From Octopus vulgaris (lineage: Eukaryota): DNA of 64,000 nt. Below are positions 40,690 through 54,864 of this stretch, piece after piece. The notes under the pieces are model-generated. The model was not told the DNA's origin. It did no database searches and saw nothing but the letters and a program-made list of their open reading frames with translations. The stretch covers positions 21,762,001-21,826,000 of the forward strand of contig OX597817.1 in NCBI GenBank assembly GCA_951406725.2. Reading direction: 5' to 3'. A program made the translations under genes and the position numbers. Within the stretch, counting starts at the first letter, position 1. Every line of letters begins with the position of its first letter.

Positions 40690-40862
40690 GTGCTCTACAA
40701 CTATTGATATAACAGTTACTCTCCTCGTTGCCCACATTCTTGCAATTTCATCCTTTAGTAGTCTGTATTTCTCCATCTTTCCCAGCTCTTTCTCATCTAC
40801 GCTTGCATCCCAAGGTGTGGTAATATTTATTATCTTGGTTTCCTTTTTTCTTTAATACAGCA
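40690..40862 (-). pseudogene. Dong-like RLE fragment
   Basis: KIINITTPWDASVDEKELGKMEKYRLLKDEIARMW...ISIVVEHS. Confidence 0.7.
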
Positions 40863-43140
40863 CACATTATTATTATTGTTGTTGCTGCTGCTGTTGTTGT
40901 TGGTATTATTATTTATTATTATTAATGAAATTTCATGGTTATTATTTATCATATCCTTTTACTTTAAATCAATTCCCTCTATTACTTCTTTGTTTCTTTA
41001 TCCTGTCACTTTCAACATTGGTCATTCCAGACCATACTATTATCATGATCATTTCTAATCCATTTTTAAGGGATCGATAAAATAAGTACCAGTCGGCCAC
41101 TGAGGCCGATGTAATCCACTCGTTCCCCACCTCCTCCGAAATTGCAGGCATTGTGCTTATAGCAGAAATAATTAATAACTTCCTTGGTTATGCTGTTACT
41201 CTTAAAGTGTATGTTACTTTTAATCTTGTTGATATTAATGATGTTGTTGTGAAGGTAGCTAATAATGATGATTTTGATGATGGTATTACTACATCATGAT
41301 TGGTCTTTTCAATTTTGCTTGATTTTTTTTTGTGTGATCATCATCTCCAGCGTCCTCATGACCACCATCATCATATCATCATTATCTTGTTTTCCCCGAC
41401 GTTTCTAGTCTCCTCTCTTTATCTGTCCAACTTTTTAACTTTTCACTGATTCTCATATTTCAATCATTCTTCTTTGATCTTAGCTCTTCATCTCTTCTTC
41501 CCTTTCTATCTCTTCCTATCTCAGTCTCTCCCAACTCACACCCTCTGTCTTTTACTATGTGTGTGTGTGCCTACGTATAGAAATGTGTAGAATATGTGTA
41601 TGCTGTGTGTGTGTCTACACATTTATACATTCACAAACACACACGCACACGTACATTCAAATATAGTTTTGTGTATGAGTGTCCTTAGATGTTATGAGAG
41701 ATTTTTAACGTTAATACACTAAAATGGCCGAGAAGAAAACTTAAAATCTGTTCTCAGATGACTGTACTCGAACGACCAAAATAACCTTGTATGTATTTAA
41801 TAACAATAACATATGCTATACTAATAATTCGGGAATCTAGCTTCATTAAAAATCAGAGGAAATTTTTCAGTTTTAACAAAAAGATAGGTATTTAACAATT
41901 ACAATTACTTCACGATTATCATACCTTACAATCGCTTTGAAAATCTGTATATAGTATTAATTCATGGGCTTTGTATCACTCAGTTATATTAGTGAGTTGA
42001 TTTTTAATCTCAGACTTGTGTACAATTCCTGATGGTTGTCAAGCATAATTTATTTAACTGTGTTGTTCTCATTAAAGAAACATCAGTCGATGTGGCTTCC
42101 AGCGTTAATACCATAAAACGTGGCTAAGAAATATAATGAATATCGCCTACTTTATAACACACACTACTCAGTTAAGAGAAAAGTGGTGACATAAATTGGC
42201 AATTATACGATCATAAAAGAGGAAATAAGAATGGTTCAATTTAGGAACACGGCATCTGATAGCATTATTATATAAATTAAACAACATATGTTGGTACTGA
42301 CACGACTTTCTATATGCGCTTAAGTTGCTTATGAATATATACATACATATTTTAATGTGTGGGTGTTATTGCATATATATATATATCAACATATATATGC
42401 TTATATATACGTACATATATATATATATCAACATATATATATGCTTATATATACATACATATATATGCTTATATATGCATATATATATATATATATATAT
42501 ATATGTTTATATATATATAATAATAAATAGTATATATATATATGTATATATATATATATCTACATATGTGTGCATATGATTACAGGACGTCACCAACGGT
42601 CCAAATAACATGAAATGCGTAAACGATGAGGAAAAAAGGAAAACAGAAGAAAAACCTTTCATCAGTTGTCGGCTGTCTATCTACTCCTCATTTCGAGCAT
42701 TCAACGACAATATGTGTCTTCAAAGACTGTTGTTCCGATAAGCTCTAAAATAAAATTTAGGATGTATGAAGGGTCAAAGTTTGGAAACAAAACTGACAGT
42801 GGAGACATACAAGGAAACCGAACTAAAAGGAAGATTGAATAAGAGGAAAATAGTGAACACCGGGAGAAACAATTTTTTTAAAGAGAAAAGAGAGAAGAGA
42901 GAGAGAGAGAAAAACACGTCCGTAGGTGCAAACGTCAGTGTAGGAAAAGAAAGATGATGTGAGCAACAACAGAGAGAAAGAGAGAGAGAGAGAGACAAAT
43001 AGAAAACGGTGATGGAAGGAAGGGGAGAAAAATACTTAGAGAAGAATGGAAGAAGAAATCAGTATAGAGTAAAGGGTGACATCTAAAATGTGAAAAATAT
43101 ATGGAAATGGATGCGTCGCGTTCAATTAAATAATAAAGAA

Positions 43141-43173
<33 letters not shown>

Positions 43174-43465
43174 TCTTTCAGTGCGGAAGATTTTTTATAG
43201 TCTAATAAAACATATAGAAAGTTTGTTTACATATAAAAAACAAACACGAACTATTAGAGTTCTTTAATTTGCCAGGAAAATGGAAGCTGATTCGCTAGTG
43301 AAAAGGTAACACACTTAGTGGCGTTAACAAAGGGATGTAGATTCTACTCCCACACGGTTAGGAAATCTGTTTTTTTCAGTCGACGGCTTATGTGCCCCTT
43401 TATTAGACTATTTTCCTTAGTCATTGCACGGTGATCGCCATAAGCTTTAAGCTTATATAAAAATA

Positions 43466-43550
<85 letters not shown>

Positions 43551-45137
43551 CTCGAACGTAACACATATATAAAACAGCTCGCCGCCTTTATATAAAACAG
43601 TAAAACATGACATCATTTTGAAGTTCGCATTTGTTAGTCTTGTCTTCAGGCGTAGGATTATTGGTATTAGTTGTTGACATATCTTTGTTCTTTTATCTGT
43701 TTCTCTCTTTTGTTTCAACTTGAAACTGAGGCAATCACGGGGCACTGATTTTTAATAGCGATTGAGTTTCTTTTCCCTTTTGTTTCTCTCGAAATAACGT
43801 GGTTGTTTAGCCGAATTGAGAATAGGTGTGGACCCTTGAAACAGAAACTCTATTGTAGTGGGTTCTTATTTTAGATGGAGAAGACAGGATTTTCGGTTGC
43901 TTCCAGTGGCCTCTATTTCAGTATTTTAAATAGCTCACGATTGTCAATCTGGCAGGTAGACCTTCCAAAATCATCCATATCAAAGCATATCTTTCGTGTC
44001 CTGTGAATATATTTCGTACCATCTTAGAAAAAAAATCTATTGGATAATGTAACCCTGCGCATGATATAGTAACTGAATGTCATGATACAATGCAGTTTAT
44101 TGATCATAGGCCTGTTCAATCATAGCTGACCTTGAAGGAGAAAACAAGAATACTCTGATGTTTTTCTTTCATTATATGCGGACATCACGAAATTTATATC
44201 TTTCAAAGTTTCTAACGTGGTTTTCACTGTTACTGTCGACAACACATTGTTAACAGGCTATATATAACTTTCAGGGAATTGAATCTAAAAAACATAGGCT
44301 TCATAATAATTGAGCATATTGCCATCTGTTAGTAGCCATCCATCTAATGTAATGAAATGTTATCCATACTGTGCACGACGCACAATTTGATCTTCACACT
44401 TCTCTGGAGATGCGGTACTAATTTATAGGCTTCTGATGTAGAAAACAACGAGAATATTTCGCCCCAGTACATAAACTGATGTGTCGTTTACTCTTGACAT
44501 CTCAACGATATAATTTCTCCTGTGTGAAAAAGGCTCAATTATACTTTCTGTACACAGTTATCTTCATATCTTTGAGGGACAATATTAAAAACGTGAACAA
44601 CTCTCTTATATTGTTCTGCGGAAACAGAACTCCTGAAAATATGATAAGCGTTACATCTTTTTATTTAGGTATAAACACAATAATGGAAATATCATTTTAG
44701 TACACATATACACATACATATGACGTGTGTATATCAGTACGTGTATAAATTATATGTGTGTATGTGCGTGTGTTTCATTCAATATATACTGTATTAAAGT
44801 AAGAGCTTCCAATAGTTTCTTGACATTGAGGCAGATTTTATAGCTTGGTTCGTAACCCTTAGGCAATAGACACATGCCTTGTTCTGTTTTAAATTAAGGA
44901 ATGCTAGTCCATCAGAAACCGCGAGAAAAATTTAATACACCTAGAAACCGTAGCACTTTTAATACAGCGTACATGAAATTGGTATTCATTTCTCACTGGA
45001 TGGAGTCATGTTTGCTAATAATTCCTTAATGGAAGCGTAAACTATCCCTTCTTCGATGTTTATATGTATGTCAAATAAAATGAAATAGCAAAGCCAAGGT
45101 TGTGTGGAATTTTTAGGACATTTATAAAGAGAAAATT

Positions 45138-45186
45138 AGTTCTACAGCTGTTTCCGGGATATTAGGAATATCCCTTCATCAGAGAC
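45138..45186 (-). ncRNA. Minimal type I hammerhead-ribozyme-like motif (Penelope-type) with intact core
   Basis: Minus strand: gtct-CTGATGA-aGGGATATT(cct)AATATCCCg-GAAA-CAGCTG-TA; palindromic stem III ACAGCTGT; GUA cleavage triplet; stem I weak. A decayed second copy is at 51275-51320. Confidence 0.7.
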
Positions 45187-45941
45187 GATGTGAGATGGTT
45201 AAACAGAGGGAAATAATAGAGTTCAATATAACGAATTATTTTGGAAAAAGATGGAAATAAGAAGTATGAAGGATAATAAGAGAATAAAAGTAAAAATAAA
45301 AACATATGTAGGATGTTATTATTGCATTTCCGTTATCCAAGGAAAGTGGTGTGTAGAATTTTTGTCTCTGGTGTTCTGTGTTGGTGCATTTTCTTCATCA
45401 TTATACATCTTTACTGTCTCTGTTTGTTGTCTTTCGTTGTTTACTTCGTTTTTGTTGGACATGGTACGTCTTCGTATTTTACAGACCCAGTGATTATGAT
45501 ATCATTTGACACTGCACTGTGGTTACTATCTGCGTTTTTCTGATGTATTTTTCCGTTTAGGTGTTCTATTTATATTTCTTATGTCTTTGTTCTGAGAATA
45601 TATTTCTGTATGTTAACTAGTTTATTAAGATTCATTGCTGTATCCTAATCGTATATGCCATTGTGTTTTAGCTCTGTTAGTAGAGCACGGCTGTAAAATA
45701 AGCATGTAGGATTGAAATATATTCCTCACACCTGTCCAGTAATGCTTTTGCGTTTTATTTGATGGTCATAATTTTCGTAGGGTTCTGGTTCATTCATTTC
45801 TGTAGCTTCAAGTTAGTAATTCCCGTCTATTATCCCTGGATTGAATATTACGGGTATTATCTAATTTATGTTTCATTTTATTTTTGTTTATGGTGGTTTG
45901 GGACGAAGATGGTCTGATTTTACTGTATTGTAAAATGAGGA

Positions 45942-46257
45942 GCGTGTTTAAACGTGTTGTGCGAGTAATAGAGATGATACGATGTTAAAATACATAATTT
46001 CATTTGGAAAACAGAAATAAGCTTTAATGAGTATTACTTACTCGGATATAGCCCAACATCTTGTCAGTGTGACGGGCGTGTTTACACGTGTTGTGCGAGT
46101 GATGGAGGCGATACGCATTTAAAATACATAATTTCATTTAGAAAATAGTAATAAATTTTAATGAGTATTACTCGGATATTGTCTAACACTTTGTCAGTTT
46201 GGTGTGCGTGTTTACACGTGTTATGCGTAATACTTACTCGGATATAGTCTAACACTT
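45942..46257 (+). repeat. Tandem repeat with ~130-bp unit (2 full copies + 1 internally deleted copy)
   Basis: Units start with gcgtgttta(a/c)acgtgtt at 45942, 46076 and 46206; each contains ttactcggatat. Confidence 0.9.
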
Positions 46258-46371
46258 AGAATTCTAACCAAAAATATCGAAAAGAAAGACCACAAGTGCT
46301 GCCTAAAATAACTGAGTAGTGTTTTATCGATCTCACATGTTAAACGCTCCCGGTGTTCATCTGTTAAATAA

Positions 46372-46417
46372 TTTTATTATTATAATTATTATTATTACTA
46401 CTACTATTATTATTATT

Positions 46418-46472
<55 letters not shown>

Positions 46473-46520
46473 CCATCATTATTATTATCATTATTTTTAT
46501 TATCATTATTATCATTATTA

Positions 46521-46572
<52 letters not shown>
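46372..46572. repeat. Compound (ATT)n/(ATC)n microsatellite
   Basis: Directly visible. Confidence 0.97.
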
Positions 46573-46574
<2 letters not shown>

Positions 46575-46956
46575 GAAAACTCACAGAACTCAGGCTACGA
46601 TATCTTCGCTTTCCTTGACAGTGAGCATATGTGGTCACCGTTTGCTAGACGCGTATTTTCGACGCTCCTCTTTATGACTCATCTGCATTTCAGAATCAAG
46701 TGTAGATCGAGCAACTAGAGTGCCACCAGACACTCAGAGCTTGCTACCAGGCAGGAAATGGTGGTAAATGACAAAATGGTAATTCATTAAACATATTTGT
46801 AGATATTTAGTATATGCATTTACATTCTTATAGTGAAATATTTCTAGCACTGACACGATAAATGTCGTAAGGAAAAAATAGCATGTTGATTGACTTTGAT
46901 GATGAATTAATTATTGTTAGTATTATTTACAAATATTGCTTTACTTTTATTCACAG

Positions 46957-47161
46957 GTTGTTTGGATGGACAAAAAGTTGTCGCTACTTACATTAGAAAA
47001 TAGAAGGGTAATCGATGATGCCCGAGTTAGTGTCGAAAGGCCTTACGTCGCTAACTGGAATTTGCACATACGAGACGTCACTTCGGATGATCAAGGCTTA
47101 TATATGTGTCAAATCAACACAGATCCAGTAAAGATTAAGCAAGTTGTTCTTTATGTGCAAG
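46957..47161 (+). CDS. Internal coding exon: C-terminal half of an Ig V/I-set domain, lachesin/IgLON/DIP-like neural cell-adhesion protein
   Basis: Acceptor 'ttacttttattcacag|GTT' and donor 'CAAG|gtaagt'; 205 bp, phase 0 to phase 1. Translation VVWMDKKLSLLTLENRRVIDDARVSVERPYVANWNLHIRDVTSDDQGLYMCQINTDPVKIKQVVLYVQ has the Ig C-strand W, WNLHI, DxGxYxC and the lachesin/DIP-typical CQINTDP. Confidence 0.93.
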
Positions 47162-47875
47162 GTAAGTAAATATCAGATATATACGAAAAGACTAAAAAGA
47201 AATACAAATTTTTAAACGGTATTTTAGTTCAAATCCACATTTATATATATGTATAAACATGTGTGTATATTTGTTAGTGTGAGTGTGTGTGCACGCGCGT
47301 GTGTGTGCACGCGCGTGTGCGTGTGTTCGTGCGTGCGTGCACGTGTATGTGTTGATTGAGATAAACTGTGGCCATACTGGAGCATCGCCTATTGCGTTCA
47401 CAGTCAGTGTAACATGTACATTAAGAATCATAGCATGTTGCATCACCTTGTGAGAACACGCTGACGAAACTCCACACTAGCAAATAATTAAACTCGACCA
47501 AAATAATATTATTACTAATATTGTCTATGGTATTCGGGACACGAGCCTGACACTTAACACTAAATACACACACAAACACACTGGCACACACACACACACA
47601 TACACAGCCACAGCCACACATACTTTTTATATGCAGTTATGTCTATGTCCTATCATAGAGTGACGAATAGTTTCACATCCATAAAAGGCATATACTTCTT
47701 CAATTCTGGGAGGTGCCAATCTGTTATCTTCAGCTAGTAAGACCTTAACAAGCTTTCTGCTGAGGCCGGAGGCAATTCGAACAGTACATGTAACTCCAAA
47801 TAAATGCGTTGCGTGCCCTTTGTTTGTTTGTCCACTGAATCATATGTACACTTACACACACGCACAGACACAAAG

Positions 47876-47911
<36 letters not shown>

Positions 47912-48040
47912 TGTTAGAATATTTTGTTGATCCTATGCAATACTATACTGTATATATGTGTATGTTTGTGTGTGTCTGCGTGTGTATATGTGCTTGTGTG
48001 TGTGTGTGAGAGTGGGTGTGCGTGTGTGTGAGTGTTTGTG

Positions 48041-48106
<66 letters not shown>

Positions 48107-49197
48107 CTTGCATGAGTTTATATGTGTGTTAATTTTTCCTATTAAAAAATACAGATTTAGAGTCTGGAATCGTAGTAATATATTTCTTTATGTACTAACT
48201 TCGTACTTTTTAACTGAGTACAGGTGATTCTTACTTTCTATGTTTATTATGATCACAGAATATTGTATTTTATCCATTGATTTATTTTGGATTCATTAGT
48301 TTTGTATTTTTTCCACTATAAAAATCTTCAGACATGGAATGCAGTGAATATCCAACTTAAAGAGAGATATTTTTGCTATTTGTTTTTTTTATTTTTTTTT
48401 ATTTGTCCAATCTTTACATATTTCATCCCTTGTGGTTTATCATTTTATGTATGTTAATGAGAAAACCAACAAAACGATTCAGAATATATAGTCAGGTACA
48501 ATGGTATGAACTAGATTTACTTATGCCAGCGCTTTTATTCCATGGATAAGGCATATACAGTAATTAGCAAGTAGATGTGTAACTTTTCTATAGAGAGAAT
48601 TGTGTCCTCATTATCTCATAAAAATTCTCTCCAGTTATGGAAACGGATTTTAGCAATAGGTATTCTCCTTCCGGTTCCTTTTTCGAAACGTTAGGGATAG
48701 TAACACTAAAAAAAGGGGAGATAATTTCCGGTAATTTCGAAATAATTTCACTAGTTTACTTCACATGAACAGAAAATATCTGCTCTTCCTTAATAAAATA
48801 TATGTCATATCTATCTCATATAAAGAAAAATACCTAAACTATTTGAATCGCTTTACCGTCTCACTGTTGTAATATTACTTTAAAAGAGAGACATTTTTTC
48901 CTCGTAAAAGAAAACTGCTTCATGTTTTTTCTTTGTATCGACCGCAAGAAGTATATTCCTTAATGGAAAATCTCTAAAGGTATGTAAAGGATATTTTAAA
49001 TAACCTATATTCATATCATCCCCTTTATATTTAGCAAAGCAATAGCAAATATATAACTGGAAAATAATATTTGGCTTCCATATTACCCTTGGGCATTTTG
49101 AAATGAACACAATTATTAAAGCACGTTGCTTCTACTTATTTAATACATGGTATATGAATATTTGTGTATATATATACTTCTACTATTTTAATGTATC

Positions 49198-49233
<36 letters not shown>

Positions 49234-50194
49234 GTGTTTCTGTATGCTTGTGTCTACTTGTATGTTTGTGTATGTGTTTCTCTTGTGTAAAATGAGCAGT
49301 ATTATATATACTGTGATAAACATGTTCGTACATTATGGTCCATTGCTTTAATGATCACTGGGTTGGGTCGGCCAATGATCTACAAAACTTTTTGTTATGT
49401 TATTTAATTCCATTTACCTTTCCTTTTATCTCCGATATTTTTGTGAGAGATAACGTTGGTGCTTACAGATTTCCAAAAGGACCAATCAATGGTTCATTGT
49501 TTGGTTATGAATATAATTAAGATTGAGTATAAGTGGGTTTCCTGTGTATAAGTGGACTATCATTTATATTATTGGTTATGGGCTACAATTGAAAATAATT
49601 TGCATCAATTTGCTGTTTCCAAGCCTTTGCTAGGAATAAATACTAAATCATTGTTAAGGCTGATTTTGTTTAGCCACAAGCCAATTTCATCACATTGCTC
49701 CAGTACACATACCATTTTCTCCTATCTGCGCAGACAGAGTCCTACGTTTCTTTTCTATAGCTGGTAGGATTTGATTTGAAAGAGATTTCTAGCAGATCCC
49801 TGATTGTGTCCACGTAGTGTTATCTTCCGAATTCCAGCTAGAAATCAGAGTGTCAGAGGGCTGCTACTAGATAACTTAGTTTAATGAGAAATAAAGAATT
49901 AAATGAGAGGAGCAACTTTGAAACTATCTATTCCGATTGCGTCTGTCTCTTTGTGTTCTCATTCCATTGTGTTTCATCCAGTCGCAATAGGTTGACAAAG
50001 TACCAATCAGTGTGGTAGAAATGTGATCGACTAAACACCCACTCGGTAAAATTGTTCACTTTGTGATAAATTTAGAAACTGAACACGGACACCTGGTTGA
50101 ATTGTAGCGTGTGAGACAAATTTACTTTTCAACCTTCCAGGAATGAGACAATTATACTTGAATTACTTGAGTAACTCTTCCCTCCCAAATTTGC

Positions 50195-50375
50195 AGGCGG
50201 CGACAAACTGGCAGAATCATTTCCCAGTCGGAATAAGTGCTTACCCGAATTGCTTCCGACTTGTTACGCCCTCAGTTAAGATGCCACCGAGGTCAACTTT
50301 GCCTTTCATCCATTATTACTGGAGTTGATATAACCGACTTAACCCGCCACTAAAAATGTTTGGCTTTGTGCCAAA
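50195..50375 (+). mobile_element. Degenerate SINE family A monomer
   Basis: ggcggcgacaaactggcagaatc...ccgaggtcaactttgcctttcatcc. Confidence 0.7.
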
Positions 50376-51175
50376 TAAATAATTAGTATTGTTGTTGTTA
50401 TTGTTGTTGATGTTGTTATTGTCGTTCTCGTCAGGACGGTGATGATTGGCAGACTTAATATGGATTTACACAAATTACCTCGACAAAATCAATAAACGCA
50501 TGTCCAGTAATTTAGTTGTTTATCCAAACATACCCTTCTTCTGCAACATGTTTTAGAATTTAAATTTGTATTTTATCAGGATTCTTATTGGATTAACAAA
50601 CACGAGTGTGCCGGAAAAATTGTTTTGCAATATTTATTTCGTTTCGTCTGCCAAAGTCAAAGTTGCCTTTTATCTCTTCGAAGATGCTCTAAGTACTAGT
50701 TCAACACCGAGTTCGATATAACGGCCCGGTCGTTAGTTCTTCAGAAGAATGAGAGAAAGAAGAATAAGCGTGGAAAAGGGAAATAATCAGTAAGGAAATA
50801 CAGGCGAATTGCGACTGTTGTTCTATAAGAAGGAAGAGAACGGCTGGTGTATAGATGCAAGCATAAGAATTTAACTGAGTTGAAGTGGGTATAAGAGGGA
50901 AGTGAAGTGTGTTTCTCGAGACTGTGTATGTGCTTATATGCTTACAGTTATGCAAGCATGGAATTATTTGGAGCATTGCTTAGCGAGGTATGGGACGTAT
51001 ATTCGTGAAATTAATTTTTAGTTTCACTACTATAAAAACTCAATTCAGTTAATACATCCAATTTCAATTTCCGCATCACTCGTAACTCGCTAAAAATGGG
51101 CAAAATTAGTGAACCAAAAGGGAAAGCGATGAATTTCTCATCTTAATTAACGATAATCGCTTAAATTTAGTGATT

Positions 51176-51212
<37 letters not shown>

Positions 51213-51542
51213 ATGTATATATAATATTTAACAGAATGAGATAAAAAGTCCAGAACATTTATAAAGAGAAGGTTTTTACAGCTGTTTACGAGATATTTTA
51301 CATATCCCTTCACCAGAGACGGTGCGAGAAAATGTTTAAGTAATAATTACGTAGAGGAGATATGAAATAAAGAGGGAAGTGTAGGAATGAAAAATAGAAT
51401 TGAGATACGTAAGGATATTGTATTTGACGTAAGGATATTGTATTTGGAGTTCTATTATTTAAGCAGAATGGAGTATATTTAAGTTTCCTCTACCTTGTGT
51501 CTGAGTTCCTGACACCTACGTGTCTTCTTGAACCAATACGTC

Positions 51543-51591
<49 letters not shown>

Positions 51592-51603
51592 ATATATATA
51601 TAT

Positions 51604-51835
<232 letters not shown>

Positions 51836-52773
51836 ATTTGTATATGCAAGATTTGGATATTCCAGATACTACCCATGCAGCCATTCCAGAAAATACAAAA
51901 CTCGGTAAAAATTGTGACACTGACATGATAGTATTTCACTACGTTAAGTTTATAAAACTTAGTTTGAATTATTTCATATTTTCATTTTTCTGGAACCGGA
52001 AATCTACAATAAATATGATACTTTTTGTCATTCAATCTCTCGAAACTGTATCCCTATATTATGATATGACAAATATTGATATAATTGACTTATCCAGAAA
52101 CAATGTTATTTTATTTTCATATTTCTCTTTCTCCCGCTTTCCTTCTCTTATGCATCATTATAATAGAAAATGAGATCTACATAAGTCGATATTTCTCATA
52201 TCAAAGGGAATGAAACTAAACAAAAAAAAATATCAATACTTATTCCAGCTTTACATTTAACTGTCACAAAAGATAAAAACGAAAGGAAGTAACATATGTA
52301 ACTAAATCCTACCTAGAACTAGTTGACCTGGAAGTTTTATTTCATGTTATTTCATGTCATAGTTTTTTTGTTCAGATTTGATGGGTTTTTTTCTTTACTT
52401 TTTTCTCCTTCCGGTGTAGTTGTTATACCTGCCTTGATGTATATTTATGATTCCAATTACTTCTTGATGTATGATTTTATATTTTATAAAATATGATCTT
52501 ATTGAGGTTAACTCTATAAGTAAACAATCGAGGAAAAACAAGATGATTATACATATATGTGTTTGAGTGCATATGTTTCATGGCGTAATAAGTGTGCGTT
52601 TGTGTGAAGACAGAGAAATAGTGCGTTTGTGCATATCTATACAAATAAGATAAGTATAATTATATATATATTAAGCCTAACTTATCTTACAATAATGATC
52701 GCATACAAGAATATATATCTATCTCTTTACATATATATACACATATAAATATATGTGCGCGTGTGTGTAAGAC

Positions 52774-52826
<53 letters not shown>

Positions 52827-52866
52827 TACATATAAATATATAAATACATAAACATACATATATGTA

Positions 52867-52911
<45 letters not shown>

Positions 52912-54864
52912 CAGTCATGTGTACGTCATTGTACTTCGATTTCTTCAAGAAAGGGATTTCTGTACAGGTGTTCTGTATACTGGGTATAGCAGCTGAATAC
53001 CTCTAAGATCCTGCCTTATCTTCGTATATATGTTATATAGAGTTCCTGTGTAAAATATATTTCGACGTGAACAGCTGTTATCATAGATTTGTTCGATCAA
53101 GTTTGATTGATATTTGAAAAATATCCAAATTAACAACGACACCTAAAATGAAGGCCTTATAAGCTGCCACACGATACGTTTGATATAGCAGCCAAACTTC
53201 CCTCAAAACTGCACCTACGAACATAATTTCATTTAATCAGCTGGAATCCAATACTTCAAATTTTTGAATCTTTTGAGAATACTACTTGATTTTCAGGCGG
53301 AATATCAAACAATGATAAAAGCAAAGCTTTATTGTAGTATACTCACAATTAACTCATCAACATTAGCAAATAGAAACAATTAAGCTGAAGAGTATTAAAA
53401 TGGGTTGTAATTCATGTACTTTTATTAAGGTCAATGTTTGTGACGTGAATAGTTAATGAAGAAATTATGGTAATATTAAGCTATTCAAGTCCACCTTAAC
53501 ATAAATGCCGTAATATAGCTTCAATTATCCTCAATGAAAATCGTTATGTTGACGTAGATTAAGAATAAATGTTTAACAATAAATATAAGCTCATATCCAT
53601 ATATTCTTTAAAAGGTATTTCTGCTATACTCAAAGAGTTTTTTCGACGAGAATATTTGTCTAAACGGAGTAATCACACCGATTCCTAGAATATTTCCTTG
53701 TCGCCATTTGAAATAGAGATAGGTATTACAAGCTAGATAGTATTAAATGAAATTGAGACACACTTGATGTCTTTATTCTGTATCAACAATAATTATTTGA
53801 TAATGTTTGTCAGTTCGTAAAAGCCTTATGTGATTCGAGCTCTTGTCGTGTATATGTGTGCACGTGTGTGTGTGCATGCGTGCGCGCGTGTGCGTACGTG
53901 TGCATGCGCATGCGTATATGTGTGTATTGATACCCATTGTGTGTTATATTTCCAATCATATTTAGAGATTAAAGGAAGAATTTGTCTACATTATTTTAGA
54001 GTAACTAATTTCCTTACTATATACTGTTAAAAAGTAGCAATTTACAACATTTACGTAGAAAGTGTTGTACTCAGCACAGTTTCTCTCATAATTCATATGG
54101 GAATTTATCTGCTTCGAAAGAGAGAGGCTTTTGTGCATGTAATAAGAATTACCTTCTCTTATTAGAAGTTCAAAACTCTAATACGCATCTATCAGTCTTT
54201 CTTCTATATTTAGATATTAACATATTTTTTATACTACTATTGCATAACAGTATATGGAATAAATATTTGTATATTTTCATTTACTATTTTGTTTGAACTG
54301 GAAAATATCGCTGCATGAAAATAATCAGTTTTATACGATTCCTCACCAAAACATGTAGCGAGGATAAAGATTACTTAGATATATACATCCTAAGCTAAGG
54401 TGATTAGGAGAATAAAATATAGTTTAGTAATCGAAGGGATGTAAGCTGTATTTGAGTAATCGGGAAGGGCTAAACTAGAATGTAGACAACATCAAGAAAA
54501 TGTTCTAATTCAGTTACCTATATAAAGCAAGCATGTTGGAGTGTATATACTTAGATATAGTTGCACAGTAATTGTACACAACTACAGAAACGAAGAGCTC
54601 GTATTTGAAATGAGAAAATTATGTTGTTTCGACGCCTTGAAATTTAGTATTTAATCCTATTATTTCAAAAACTATAAACAGTAATGCATATTATATTGAA
54701 TCTATTTAAGTCTCTCTCTCCATTTCCCCACTCTCTCTCTGTCTTCCTTTCGGTAGTTCTTCATCTTTGTAATAACACCACGTTCCACCTAATGAAAGTG
54801 GTTGTAAAGTACAGTTGGATGCTACGGTAACAATTCCTCATCAACATATCATAGGAAAGTTTAG

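Noticed and set aside
42655-42730. TTGAAGA...GAAAT and nearby CTGATGA on the minus strand
   Set aside because: The core is mismatched and stems II/III are not supportable from this single copy.
45942-46257. CRISPR-like repeat/spacer appearance
   Set aside because: The 'spacers' are homologous to each other, the context is eukaryotic and there are no cas genes; it is a tandem repeat.
53865-53925. Alternating purine-pyrimidine (Z-DNA-prone) tract, also at 47283-47350
   Set aside because: Ordinary decayed (GT)/(GC) microsatellite in a genome full of them.
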